From NCBI GenBank assembly GCA_951406725.2, contig OX597820.1:58218001-58282000 (forward strand): a stretch of 64,000 nucleotides of DNA, in the 5' to 3' direction. Position 1 is the first letter of the stretch. Each line of letters starts with the position of its first letter. Shown piece by piece: positions 1 through 11,589 of this stretch. This DNA comes from Octopus vulgaris. Its lineage: Eukaryota. The notes under the pieces are model-generated. The model was not told the DNA's origin and searched no databases. It saw nothing but the letters and a program-made list of their open reading frames with translations. A program made the translations under genes and the position numbers.

Positions 1-442
1 GGCACATGCATCACAACCATACGTACACGACATGGTGATCTCATATCAAGATAAACAGCGCATGACCTTGCAGGTGGGGCCCCAGCTAGAATTTTCTTCT
101 GGTCGAGTATCCCATCCCACTCAAAAGGTCTCTGAATAATGATTGTTTAAGGATGCTGAACGAACCACCCATGTTTCCAAAGGTGAATTATCTAAACCTC
201 TAAGAATTCCTTTCAACACACGGCTATGATGCTCCCCCACTACTTCTGTTTGTGATCAGAGACGCACATATCGTCAGCCACTAAGGGACATGGTCAACTG
301 GTTAAGGTCAAACAACTGACAAGCAAATCTGTAGTATTGAGCAGAATATTTGCTGTAGCCCATCTTTTATGCCATGACAAAACAATATTACATGATAACA
401 CTTCCAATCAGTTAAGATCAGAAGCCATGAAAGCCACTGTTT
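1..442 (-). mobile_element. Non-coding interspersed repeat; probable 3' UTR or non-autonomous derivative of a TAA-associated non-LTR retroelement
   Basis: Closely similar to 43367-43865 in this window (ggcacatgcatcacaaccat...acatgataacact). Both copies abut (TTA)n tracts. Confidence 0.7.
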
Positions 443-509
443 GATTATTATTGTTGTTATTGTTGTCGTTGTTGTTGTTGTTATTATTATTATTAAAAAA
501 ATTATTATT

Positions 510-800
510 AGTATACGTTTGGCTTTTGCTTTGTATTTGTACAAGTTGACTCCAAGTCTTACCCAGAGACCTCAGGAGACAAGAAGTTAGAAGTAACAAG
601 GTGGTGTTATGAATTGGGTGCCATATTTTTGGTTTTCCACAAAGTATTGTCAAAACAATAGAGAATATCTGTCAAAACAAGAAAATTAGAAGTTCTTTTT
701 CAAATAATTTTATTATAAGACGATAGTGTGATGTTAAGATAACAGTAAAAGGTGTTTGCTGTTATGTACATTTAAAAGTACTTTTGACAATTTTTACAGA
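510..800 (-). mobile_element. Short 3'-end fragment of a Dong/R4-like LINE
   Basis: Bounded by (TTA)n. The motif cccagagacctca is shared with the 3' end of the RLE-bearing copy at 38215-39080. Confidence 0.5.
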
Positions 801-909
801 TTATTATTATTACTATTATTATTATTATTATTGTTGTTGTTGTTGTTGTTGTTATTATTATTAGTAGTAGTAGTAGTATCACCACCATCATCATCATTAT
901 TATTATTGT

Positions 910-2630
910 TATAGACGTCTCACAGTATACTATATCGTGAAGTCGTTGATTGAAGATATTGTGTTTATCGAAGATATTGTGTCTATCGAAGATATTGTAC
1001 TATTTGTCAAGTCACAACAAGGACCTCAGACAGACAGTAATTTACGCAATATACGTGCAGTTTCAAGTAATGCCGACTTTTGCAATACACCTACATTGTA
1101 GGGTATTTATAAAGTTTTCGGATGTTTTTTTTTTTTAGATTGGGTAGTAGTGACCCCAATGCTCTGATGGCAATAGGGATAACCTTTATGTTTGACTCTC
1201 GTAGCTGTCACATCTTAGCGATCTCAATTCTCAGGTCTCCATATTTCTCAACCTTTTTCTCTTTCTTTCTGGCACTACCACGTCAATTATAGCCATTCTT
1301 GTTTGTCCCTCCTAAAGGTTACCATATCTGGCCTTTGGTGCTCTAATACCTTGTCTGTCTGGAAATCAAAGTACCAGAGGAATTTTGCCTTCCCCTTTTG
1401 GTCTATTATCTTTTCTAGTGTATGTTGTTACCAATCACCCGTACCTTCATATCCATATTTATGGCATAGTAGCCAGTGGAGGTTTTGGGTTGCCTTGTCG
1501 TGTCGACGCTTGTACCTTTTCTGCGCAAGACCTTCACAAGCACTAACAATGTGAGTTACACTTTCGACTCTCTTCCCACACATTCTGCAGAGGTCCGTTG
1601 CACATTCTGCAGAGGTCCGTGTGGTATATATTCTTTTTCACTGACTTGGTATTCAATCCCTGGTCCTTGGCAGCAATAATTAGGCTTTCAGTATTTTTAT
1701 TTCGGTCACCCTTGTTAAGCTACATCCATGATGCTTCTTGATTTTTTTAATTTGTTGGTTTCACGGTGGAACTGAACATATAATTCCATGTGGAGTAGGG
1801 TTTCTTCTCTCTCGTTGGCTGTTCTTGTTCAGAATTCATGAGCACTCTCAAGTCTATTTTTGTTAAATCATTCTGCACTAGCAGCCTACAGTAGCAGGTC
1901 ATCTGTGCTGTTTACCAAATATTCTGCCATGTTTCTTTTTTCACTGTTGATGCACTCCCGTACGCTAATCAGCCCATGTCCATCTTTACCCCTCTTCATG
2001 TAGAGCCTGTGTACATTCGCCTTGGGATGGAGAGCACCATACATTGTCATTGCCATTCGGGTAGTGTGGTCGAGCTGGTTAATCTCCGCTTGTGTCCATT
2101 TCAGGTTGAATACACTATAGCGGACTACAGCAACTGTCCATATGTAGATGGCAGTATAAGGTTCCTTGAGTTGAGTTTTGATTTCAAGAGAAGTTTAAGG
2201 CGTTTGAAATATGCAGTGATGACCTTGTCTTTCGTCTCTTTAGGAAAGATATTGTCCAGCTCCTGGATCTAATGGTACTTGTACCCATCATCATCCGGGA
2301 CTTTCATTCTCTCTCAATTTGATGCCCCTACAATTTACTATTTTCCTCCGTTTCAAAGTAAGCACCGCACACTTCGAGATACAGAATTCTATCCCTATAT
2401 CCATGCAGCATATTTTCGCAGTCTCAACCAGCCTCTCCTTTCAGGTTTTGTTTTTGCGAACAGTTTTAAATCAGCCATGAAGAGAAGGTGGTTGAGACGA
2501 GGTCTATTCCCTCCCAGCCCATAGTGCGCGTTGACTTTGCGTAGGACTACAGAAAGTGGGATCAAGACTATAACAAACAACAGAGATGAACAAGAGTCTC
2601 TTTAGAAGATATCTCTTTTGACTGTTACCT
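910..2630 (-). mobile_element. 5'-truncated, degenerate Dong/R4-clade non-LTR retrotransposon (RT, CCHC knuckle, restriction-like endonuclease)
   Basis: Minus-strand translations: LLFVIVLIPLS...NHLLFMADLKLFAK (RT); LCRMCGKRVESVTHIVSACEGLAQKRYKRRHD (CCHC plus RHD); LWYFDFQTDKVLEHQRPDMV and KVEKYGDLRIEI...IKVIPIAIRALG (RLE). Flanked by (TTA)n. Confidence 0.9.
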
Positions 2631-2755
2631 GAGGTATCTTCCAAGGAGATTCTTATTCATCTCTGTTATTTGTTATAGCCTTGATTATTATTATCATTAC
2701 TATTATTATTATTATTATTATTATTATAATTATTATTATTATTATTATTATTATT

Positions 2756-2879
2756 CAGTAGTTTTATTTTTATAGTGTGCTTTCAGTTCACTACCGAGCG
2801 CAGCTCTGTGCCTTGGGTATGTGCTGAGATTTGTTGTGATGCTCTGATGGTTATTGTATGGAAAGTGTTCTGCGTAGGA

Positions 2880-2880
<1 letters not shown>
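2756..2880 (-). mobile_element. ~125-bp 3'-terminal stub of another Dong/R4-like family
   Basis: Minus strand reads ILRRTLSIQ*, a typical end of RLE-LINE ORFs, then a short UTR. Sits between two (TTA)n tracts. Confidence 0.55.
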
Positions 2881-2930
<50 letters not shown>

Positions 2931-2949
2931 TGTTGTTGTTGTTGTTATT

Positions 2950-4301
2950 TAAAAAGTTGTACAGTATCCAATATCGTGACGTTGTTAATTGAAGATATTG
3001 TGTTTGCTGGAGCTTTGTACTATCTCTCAAGGCACAACAAAGGCATTATTATTTTGGTTTGTCTCAGGTTCGGTCTTATTCCTGGTAGGGATTATGTGGA
3101 TAGTGGGTTACTACCTGTGACCTTAGGTATCCACAAGTTTTCAACGGTTTTTTAAGTGCTTAGGACCTTCCTGATAATCCTTGTTGTCCCTAAAAGACAA
3201 AATTTCTGTAGGAGCTCTATCGGACATGCTATTTCAAACTTCCTCGGCCATTTGTCTATATCTTTACTTGCTGTTCTAAAGCCCACCAATTACTATAGGT
3301 ACGACATTTACTGTTCGCATGCTCCAAATTCTTCCTCTTTCAACTTTTAGAGGGTTGTTCCTCTTTCTTTTCGATCCTGGAATGGAATTAAATGATCATG
3401 ATGGGTTGATAAGTAAGCAACTTAGCTTTTACTTATCTAAGATTGTATTATTTGATCTACTGTTTTCTAATTTCTTGTCCGTTTGAATTATAATGTCCCA
3501 AGAAACCTTACATTTTTCCGACTCTAGTACTCTTTCGATTCGATGATTGTACCATGTGTTTTCAGTTTCAAATCTCCATTCCTGGCAGTGTGAAGATTTT
3601 ACAACCTGGTCGTGCCTTCATTTCTTATATTCTTCTGCCAGTTTGAGGCATTCTGACACAATGTGTGCCACTGTCTCGTTCCAAGTTCCACAGGCTCTAC
3701 ATTTTTCTGACACATTCTCTCCATATATATTTTTTTTCAAGTTGTTTATTTTAATCACTTGATCTTGGGCTGCTACAGTTAGGCTCTGTTACTTTCTTTT
3801 TTAATTTCCCTCTTTTTAACCAATCCCAGGATCTTGTTTCACATTCTTCTTCAGTGGCTCTCGAAAATTAGCCATGCAGAGCTTTCTCTTCGATCTGTCT
3901 TACGTGCCAATAGCCTTGTACTCCATCCGGATCTGGTCCTTTCTAATTTGCTATTCTTTCAAAACTTCTGTCTCACTGTATATAGATTAATTCTGACGTC
4001 CTTTTGTCTTGGTACAGTTTCAAATCGTCTTTCCACCTTTGTTAGCCACTCCGCACTTTCTTTATATCTCGCTGACCTGTTCCACTGCCTTCCCCAAAAT
4101 TCTCTGCTTTCTTCTTCATCTGGAATATGTTCCTGGTGTTGGCTTCCCTCTATTTTCTCAAATAAACGCCTTCTATTTGATTGGAACAGTCTATTCTGTT
4201 CGAAATCTTTGCATCTTGCATCATATCTTTTTAATTTGGCCATTAATACTGTCACCTTTTGTGCCAATTCTTCATGTGCTCTTTGTTTTCCCCTTTCTTT
4301 C

Positions 4302-4303
<2 letters not shown>
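2950..4303 (-). mobile_element. Dong/R4-like LINE with the RT core internally deleted
   Basis: The N-terminal motif (KLKRYDARCKDFEQNRLFQSN...ESREFWGRQWN...AEWL) is followed within ~200 bp by VAAQDQ, CRACGTWNETVAHIVSEC...RHD and WDIIIQTD. No RT motifs were seen in between. Confidence 0.8.
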
Positions 4304-4342
<39 letters not shown>

Positions 4343-4434
4343 TACTATCATCATCATCATCGTCATTATTATTATTATAATTATCATCATCATCATCATC
4401 ATCATCTTCATTATTATTATTATCATCATCATCT

Positions 4435-4472
<38 letters not shown>

Positions 4473-4599
4473 GAAGTGGTGAGTGATGAGAATAGGACTT
4501 GTGAGTTAGTCGGAAGTGCTTAGATGGCGATAGCATGAGACTAGTCAGATACCAGAAGCAGAAGTCTCTGCGGTAGTAGTAGTAGTAGCAAAAACAATG

Positions 4600-4850
4600 A
4601 GAAGTAGCGTATCTGTGAATCATAAAAGAAGCCTTCTCATCTGGGCATTGTAGAAGGTTAGTATTTGTTGTAGTCTGAAGTATTTTCTAGCCCTAATGAA
4701 TGAGGTCAGTCCTTATGCTGCAATCTTTGCTAATGTTGAGTGTGTGTGCTTTCATTGGAAGAGATTCTCAATGACGGTGAGATTTACTGTTTGCAGCGAC
4801 CTTTCGTGCTCTAATTGCACGTTATTTATACGATGCGTTTCTTAATGTAT
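4600..4850 (-). mobile_element. Old CR1/Jockey-type LINE fragment (region C-terminal to RT)
   Basis: Minus strand reads FIRARKYFRLQQILTFYNAQMR, resembling the conserved L..LYKAQVRP motif. Confidence 0.5.
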
Positions 4851-6433
4851 AGTAATTATGTTTTTGTGTTGTTAAAGTGTGTTTCAGGTTTCCCTATTTA
4901 AAATCCTGTCATTTTAGGTGGTGGAATTTAGATTTCACATCTCCAATATATTTCATCAGTAACAGTGATTTAATTCCTATTAAGTTTGCAGCGGTAAATT
5001 CACACGACAATATTTAACTCTCTTAACTGACGACGGTTCCAGGTCAAACGAATTTATGACTACGAAATTGTACGTGATACAATCAATAGCTAATTATATG
5101 TTTTCGCTTTTGGTCATAACGCTGCTACGTAACAGAAACGTAGTGAAATAAATAAAATATGTTCTGGTAATATACTATAATGAGACAGCTCCAGATGGTT
5201 GCTGTGATTCCTGTTTCTTTCAACCACGAGGATATAAATGGCAAATTCACTCTACAATGGCGATTCTATGAATGATGATCAAACGTAGACAGCTTGGCCT
5301 ATAGGTACATTAATGTTAACATATTTAATACAAGGAGCATTAAAAAAAATAACTAGAAATAAATATGCATTGCTACAGTAACATAAACACGCAATATTAA
5401 TCAATGAATAATATTTTCATTTTTCCAGCAGGTACGAGTACAACTATGGACATATCTTAATTATAATCTCATATTTCTTCCGTAAAACGTAGCGGTCATC
5501 GCTCTTGCGAAAGGTAAATGTACAAAATTGTATATCTGTTGGTGTAATAAAAAATAATTGAGAAATAAAAAGTTATTCAAAGGCAACTCCACATTTACAG
5601 ACTTTTGTTATTTATTTCTACCACATATCAGTGCTAATCCAGCAGACGTGTCATCAATAATATTCCACTCTCAATCATGCTACCATTTATTTGGACAGAG
5701 AATATTTAGAACTACATTATACAGTGTGTCATATTTTTTTATATCTTTACCTGATATTTTTATTCGATCGAGCAACTGTAAAGAAACACCCTGGAGATTG
5801 CGATAACAGTATTGTCGCTTCCAGATCGGTGAAACCTGCACAGTCGTTTCCACACGCCACTGCGTTTGGGGGAAACGATAAGAATGTTTACGTTGGATGT
5901 GTTGATTTTCTGTCAAATGTATCATTCAAAACCTGCTATCCTGTATTTGTACAAATATCAAGAAAAACAGAAGCACGTCTAATTTAGAAACATATTTAGA
6001 GACAAGGAGTGAAAATATACACGAGAGAATATGAGTTGATACTGTTCGAGCTTTTAAATAATTTGAAGTACTCAAAAACTTTACTTTTACACACCTAAGC
6101 AAGCGAAAGAGAGAGGGGAGGGAGGGAGTTAGACAGATAGACTGAGAAAAGAGGGTAGTAAGATTCCACCTGTTCATGTAGAAAATATATTAAACAATTT
6201 GATGTTAAACCATTTCTTTTTATACAACAGTGTCTAATGGATATACATATTTCGAATTCATATATACCAGAATGGCGAGATTTATTTATTAATTATATGC
6301 AAGTTTAAAATATACAAATGACTTCGAATAAAATTGATCAAAAATAATAACTTCCATTTTCCATTATCTTTTATATTTTCTTCAACTAACGATCTATGTA
6401 ATGCATGCATACTTGCAAATTCATATACGTAAA

Positions 6434-6482
<49 letters not shown>

Positions 6483-7530
6483 ATACATGCAGACATACAT
6501 ATATCCATACATGCAGACATACATACATACATACATACATACATACATACATACATGCATACATACATACATACATACATACATACATACATACATACAT
6601 ACACGTATACATTTATCATATATGTTTGTATACATTCATACACATAAATATAGTTGGTGAGGCGAAACTTCGAAGTCACCGTCAATCTGTTTGGTTTATT
6701 TTGGAGACGGGGGTCACGAGCAACTCTTTATGCTTTGCCCGGTGCTCTGGTGACAAAACTACGCCAGAAATGGGCTTCGATTTCGCAAGAACAGCTGCGA
6801 AAGGTGCATTTTTGTTGGTTTTCCAGGTTTTATATACCTTTTGCTAGGGTTTCCTTTGGTAGGTAGTGTAATGTGATTGGGAATTAGGTGTGGTATAGAT
6901 GGACAGTAGTTTGTGGAGAAGGATAGGAGGAAAGTGTGTATGTGAAGAGTGTGGGTGGAATAAAAGAGATGGTGGGGATAGTTATTCTGGTTTGGTACTG
7001 AAATTTGTTATTTGGTGTTCAATCAGGCGTGTAAGTAAAAGAGAAATAAGATATGCCATCCTTAAATCACACTTTACGGCAGTTGAAGTTTTTCTTGTGA
7101 TTAATCAAGATACTATGTATATCAAGATTGTTCTGTGCTATTTTAAGTCTAACAAAAAGACTCTTATAGATAAAACAGTTTGATTTTTATATATAGCATG
7201 TGTTAGAGACGGAAGTTAATGTTTCTTTTTAAGGAATCTTGAATTAGGTATTCTTTGAATGACTAGATTGAAGAGATTATGTTACTATAAAATATCTATT
7301 GAAATATTCCAATGAATTTTGAGCATGCTTATTTATAATTATATGAGCGTAGAAGAATGCATTAATGAAACTGTACCCACCTGTTCGGACAAATGTATAA
7401 AGATGATGCCTTTTTGCGTAGATATACAACTCCAAAAAGGCGTTGTATATGTGTGTGGTTGGGGGAGTTAATATCGAACAGTGAGAATTAATGCTCAACA
7501 TCGCATTGGTGGGTAACTCGGCTATTTGTG

Positions 7531-7603
7531 GGCTAACCAGACTACCATTGGTTTCATGTTGACAGATCAGTTATTCAAGTCTCTCTCATCAGACGCGTTA
7601 GTC
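7531..7603 (-). ncRNA. Degenerate type-I hammerhead-like motif (PLE terminal-repeat type)
   Basis: Minus strand: gactaacgcgt-CTGATGA-...-GAAA-ccaatgg-TA-gtctggttagcc. Stem III is near-palindromic; stems I and II pair poorly. Confidence 0.4.
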
Positions 7604-7610
7604 TTCATCT

Positions 7611-7680
<70 letters not shown>

Positions 7681-7710
7681 ACAAGTATAATTCCTTTATT
7701 TGAGTAGATT

Positions 7711-7835
7711 TGACTTACATCTGTTTCCAGTAGTCATTAAAGGTACATTACCGATAGGTTTTCTCAGTTGGTCTATTAATCAACTGAGGTAAATTGAATG
7801 ACCTAACAAAATTAATGCTACTTTCGTCAGAACCA
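7711..7835 (-). ncRNA. Type-I hammerhead ribozyme motif with a greatly extended stem II
   Basis: tggtt-CTGACGA-a-[agtagcattaa..taggt..ctcagttg/caactgag..accta..ttaatgactact]-g-GAAA-cagatg-TA-agtca, in a ~165-bp cassette between (TA)n tracts. Confidence 0.65.
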
Positions 7836-7840
7836 TTGTG

Positions 7841-7879
<39 letters not shown>

Positions 7880-7930
7880 ATAGAAACATTGTAGTTCTAA
7901 ATCTCCCAACGATATTCAGTAGCAGCACTT

Positions 7931-8116
7931 TAAAGTAACGATTTTTTGCCAACCTAATGTGGGTTGTTTAGCTACTGTTGTTTAGCGAATGATATTGTTG
8001 TTTATCCCACAGATCGTGTGTCGTATAGCCAGCTGGAGACGATGCCTCCTGGGGCTCAACAACAGTAGCATTCGCCCCAAAACGGGACTGCCACACTAGG
8101 TTAGCAAAAAATCGTT

Positions 8117-8122
<6 letters not shown>
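7931..8122. mobile_element. MITE-like foldback element
   Basis: 31-bp terminal inverted repeats (aaagtaacgattttttgcYaacctaRtgtgg, 29/31 match) plus an inner inverted repeat gctactgttgtttagc/gctcaacaacagtagc. Next to (TA)n. Confidence 0.75.
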
Positions 8123-8197
<75 letters not shown>

Positions 8198-8224
8198 AAT
8201 ATATATATATATGTATATATAATC

Positions 8225-8335
8225 TAAATTTTTTAATTTCATATTTTATATATTTTGTATATTATATTAATTATTTTTATTTTTATGCTTTGATTTATGT
8301 TTTTCTCTGTTTGATTTGCCTAATAGTGGTTTTAA

Positions 8336-8392
<57 letters not shown>

Positions 8393-8500
8393 AATTTTTT
8401 TAATTTTATATTTTATATATTTTGTTTATTATATTAATCATTTTTATTTTTATGTTTTGGTTTATGTTTTTCACAGTTTGATTTGCCTAATAGTAGTTTT
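8225..8500. repeat. Two direct copies of a ~105-bp T-rich unit separated by (TA)n
   Basis: taaattttttaattt...gtttgatttgcctaatagt occurs at ~8225-8330 and ~8391-8499. Confidence 0.8.
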
Positions 8501-8556
8501 ATCTCCAATTTAATTTATATATGTATATATATATACATATATATGTACATGTATAT

Positions 8557-8621
<65 letters not shown>

Positions 8622-9381
8622 TATACACACATACATATGCTCTATATTCTTTTCTATGTCAAAAAATGTTTCTTCACAATATAGCATTTTTTCACATTTG
8701 TTGAACATACACATTATATTGTATTACACACAGACACATTTAAATACGCGCCTGAGTAAGTTGCCAGAAGAGTCGGTAGAACGTCAAATAAAATATCCTG
8801 TGGCATTTCGTTACATTTTTTCATTTCCTAATATAATCGACTAAGATGGTGACGAACATTAATATTTAACATTTTGTTGTGAAATAACCCAGGCATATCT
8901 GATTTCTTGAGACTATTATCGATAGAGAGTAGGTTACTAATAATTTTATCTGCGTCCACGTTTCCCTAATCTTCTTGAGTAGTGAATATGTCAATATATT
9001 TATCACTGAGAGTCCTTAGCTATATATAACAGCACCACTCTGTTGCCCAACAAGAGTCCATTAAGCTGTCATCAATACTTATGAAATATGCATACAACAC
9101 GGCTCATAATATCTAAATATATGATGTATTTACATGTCTCCGTACTTCAACGTGGTTGTATATGTTACTGAGTTTTAGAAATAAAGCTACTTCAACGTTA
9201 CAATAAACGACAAGAAGAAAATGTCCCTTCTTCGGAAATGTCCTCTCATAAAATAAAAATATAATGTTTTGTTAGAATTTACAGCTTTGTCAATGTATAT
9301 TAATAATGGACAAATGCTTATATAAACACACGCATACTTACACACATACATACATACATACATACATACATACATACATAC

Positions 9382-9448
<67 letters not shown>

Positions 9449-9712
9449 CATACATACATACATACATACATACATACATACATACATACATACATACATA
9501 CATACATACATACATACATACATACATACATACATACATACATAATTTAACGTTTATGAGATGACTGCATAGTTGCTAGTCTGAAGAACATATTACGTAT
9601 GAAACAAATACAAACAGGTTTTTATATCTATTTTACTTATGATCAATATGTTTACGGGAACTTTTATACATACATTAATATATACGTAGGTATATAAACT
9701 TTTACGTATATA

Positions 9713-9746
<34 letters not shown>

Positions 9747-9851
9747 CATATACATATATATATGTACATGTATGTATGTATGCATGTATATACATATATA
9801 TGTGTGTGTATATATATTTATACGTGAGTGTGTGTGTGTCTGTATCTTTTG

Positions 9852-9896
<45 letters not shown>

Positions 9897-9953
9897 TATA
9901 TACAAATTCATTTGTGGATGCGTGGGCGCGCACGCATGTTTGCGTGCATGTGT

Positions 9954-9994
<41 letters not shown>

Positions 9995-10379
9995 TTTAGA
10001 ATAAAGTCAAAGAACATTGTCTAGACGGATAAATATACTGTATATGCACACGTATATTTAAATATATATAATGACATACATAGACATATGTATTTTACAC
10101 AAACGCATACACATAAATGTACATATATGTGCACACATACATACACGCAAACACGCACACATACACATACACACACACACTTCTGTTACAGCTCTTAGAA
10201 TCCCTGTTCACCCTCGATTTCTCCAGTCTCACCATTGTCACCTCTATCCTTTACAAACATACAAACCTCTAGTTCTGCCTCCGTTCTCTTTCTTTTTCTT
10301 CTTTTTTTTTTGAAGCTTCTTATGTAGCAATTGTTTTGCATACAACTTATCTTGCAGATCTTTCAAATTTGCAAAGCAT

Positions 10380-11232
10380 GCCCCTTGTAATTTACCACAA
10401 AATATAATTGTAAAAAACTTAGGATTTTTGCCTTCAGTTGGCAACAAAGATCCAGTACGATGGTATACTTGACCTTGAACTTTAAAAGTTTGCTTCATGA
10501 TCCATTCTCTTACAATATTGCTACCAAAGGAGATCATTTGGAAAACAGAATTATAATCCCTAATGTTTTTCGAGAAGTGTATGCTCCTTGGTTTGCTTCC
10601 CAAAAGCAATGCTTTCAAAGTATCTGGGGGAGTATCAAACGTCAGTAAAGCAACCGTTCCACCACCACAACACATAGAGGAGGTTTCTCTTTCCGATTTC
10701 TTTCCTTTACAAAAACTGCATCCTTTTGACATTGCTCAAATATCAATCAATTTCCCTGTAGAATAGTTATATTCATGTAATCCCCATTTTAATTCTCAAA
10801 AAAGTTCCTGAGAAAAATGTTCCTAATCTCTACAAGAGGAGACGGGATAGATGGAGATGATTAGTAGTCTACAGTGAAGCAAAGACGAGTACAGGTAGCC
10901 ACAGTAAGGTCACTAGAGACCCCTGCATAACGACAGCAAAAGCATGAAAACGATAGAAGGAGAGCTGCTGCACGCAGGGCCAATGAGTCACAAGAGGAAA
11001 GGAGAAAACAACAATTACGCGAACAAAATACAATCCGCAGGAGCCAAGAGTCAAAAAAGGAAAGAGAAAATCATTATGCAGGGGTCTCTAGTGACCTTAC
11101 TGTGGCTACCTGAACTCGTCTTTGCTTCACTGTAGACTACTAATCATCTCCATCTATCCCGTCTCCTCTTGTAGAGATTAGGAACATTTTTTTCAGGAAC
11201 TTTTTTGAGAATTAAAATGGGGATTACATGAA
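10380..11232 (-). mobile_element. Rearranged Helitron fragment (N-terminal region of RepHel)
   Basis: ORF 10244-10732(-): CSFCKGKK...MCCGGG...PPDTLKALL...FSKNIRDYNSVFQMISFG...TFKVQGQVYHRTGSLLP...PKF, matching the Helitron pre-Rep signature. STPR-like charged repeats lie on the opposite strand at ~10880-11070. Confidence 0.85.
10772..11232. repeat. Inverted repeat with 162-bp arms and a 137-bp spacer
   Basis: 10772-10933 is the reverse complement of 11071-11232 with about 3 mismatches. Confidence 0.95.
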
Positions 11233-11436
11233 CAAATGAGTGAAAGTTACGTGAATATATTCATAACGGTGATTGAAATAAATGGCGATTATGGAAAGCT
11301 GCACGCGCGCGCGCGCACACACACACACAAACATACAGTATCAAACATCAGTGTCTCTTTCTTTCCCACTTTCCCCGCTCTCTTTGTGCCGGCTTTTATC
11401 TTCACCTATAGAACATACATGCCGTATCAAACACCA

Positions 11437-11485
<49 letters not shown>

Positions 11486-11589
11486 ATTATCCCTCTCTCA
11501 TTCAACTTCTATAGAAACTTATTTTCTCTCGCTGTTTCTTTCTCTCTTCTCTTTTTTTTCTCATTCCGTCTTTCTCTCGTTCACACTTA

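Noticed and set aside
4905-4968. Minus-strand CTGATGA...GAAA with a 6-bp stem I (ctgtta/tgacag)
   Set aside because: No stem III and no NUH triplet next to stem I; probably chance.
5100-5990. Unique-looking sequence with short ORFs (5558-5806, 5691-5987)
   Set aside because: No recognisable protein motif or consistent splice-site pair.
9578-9618. ctgaaga...tatgaaac
   Set aside because: No stem I pairing, and stem II is marginal.
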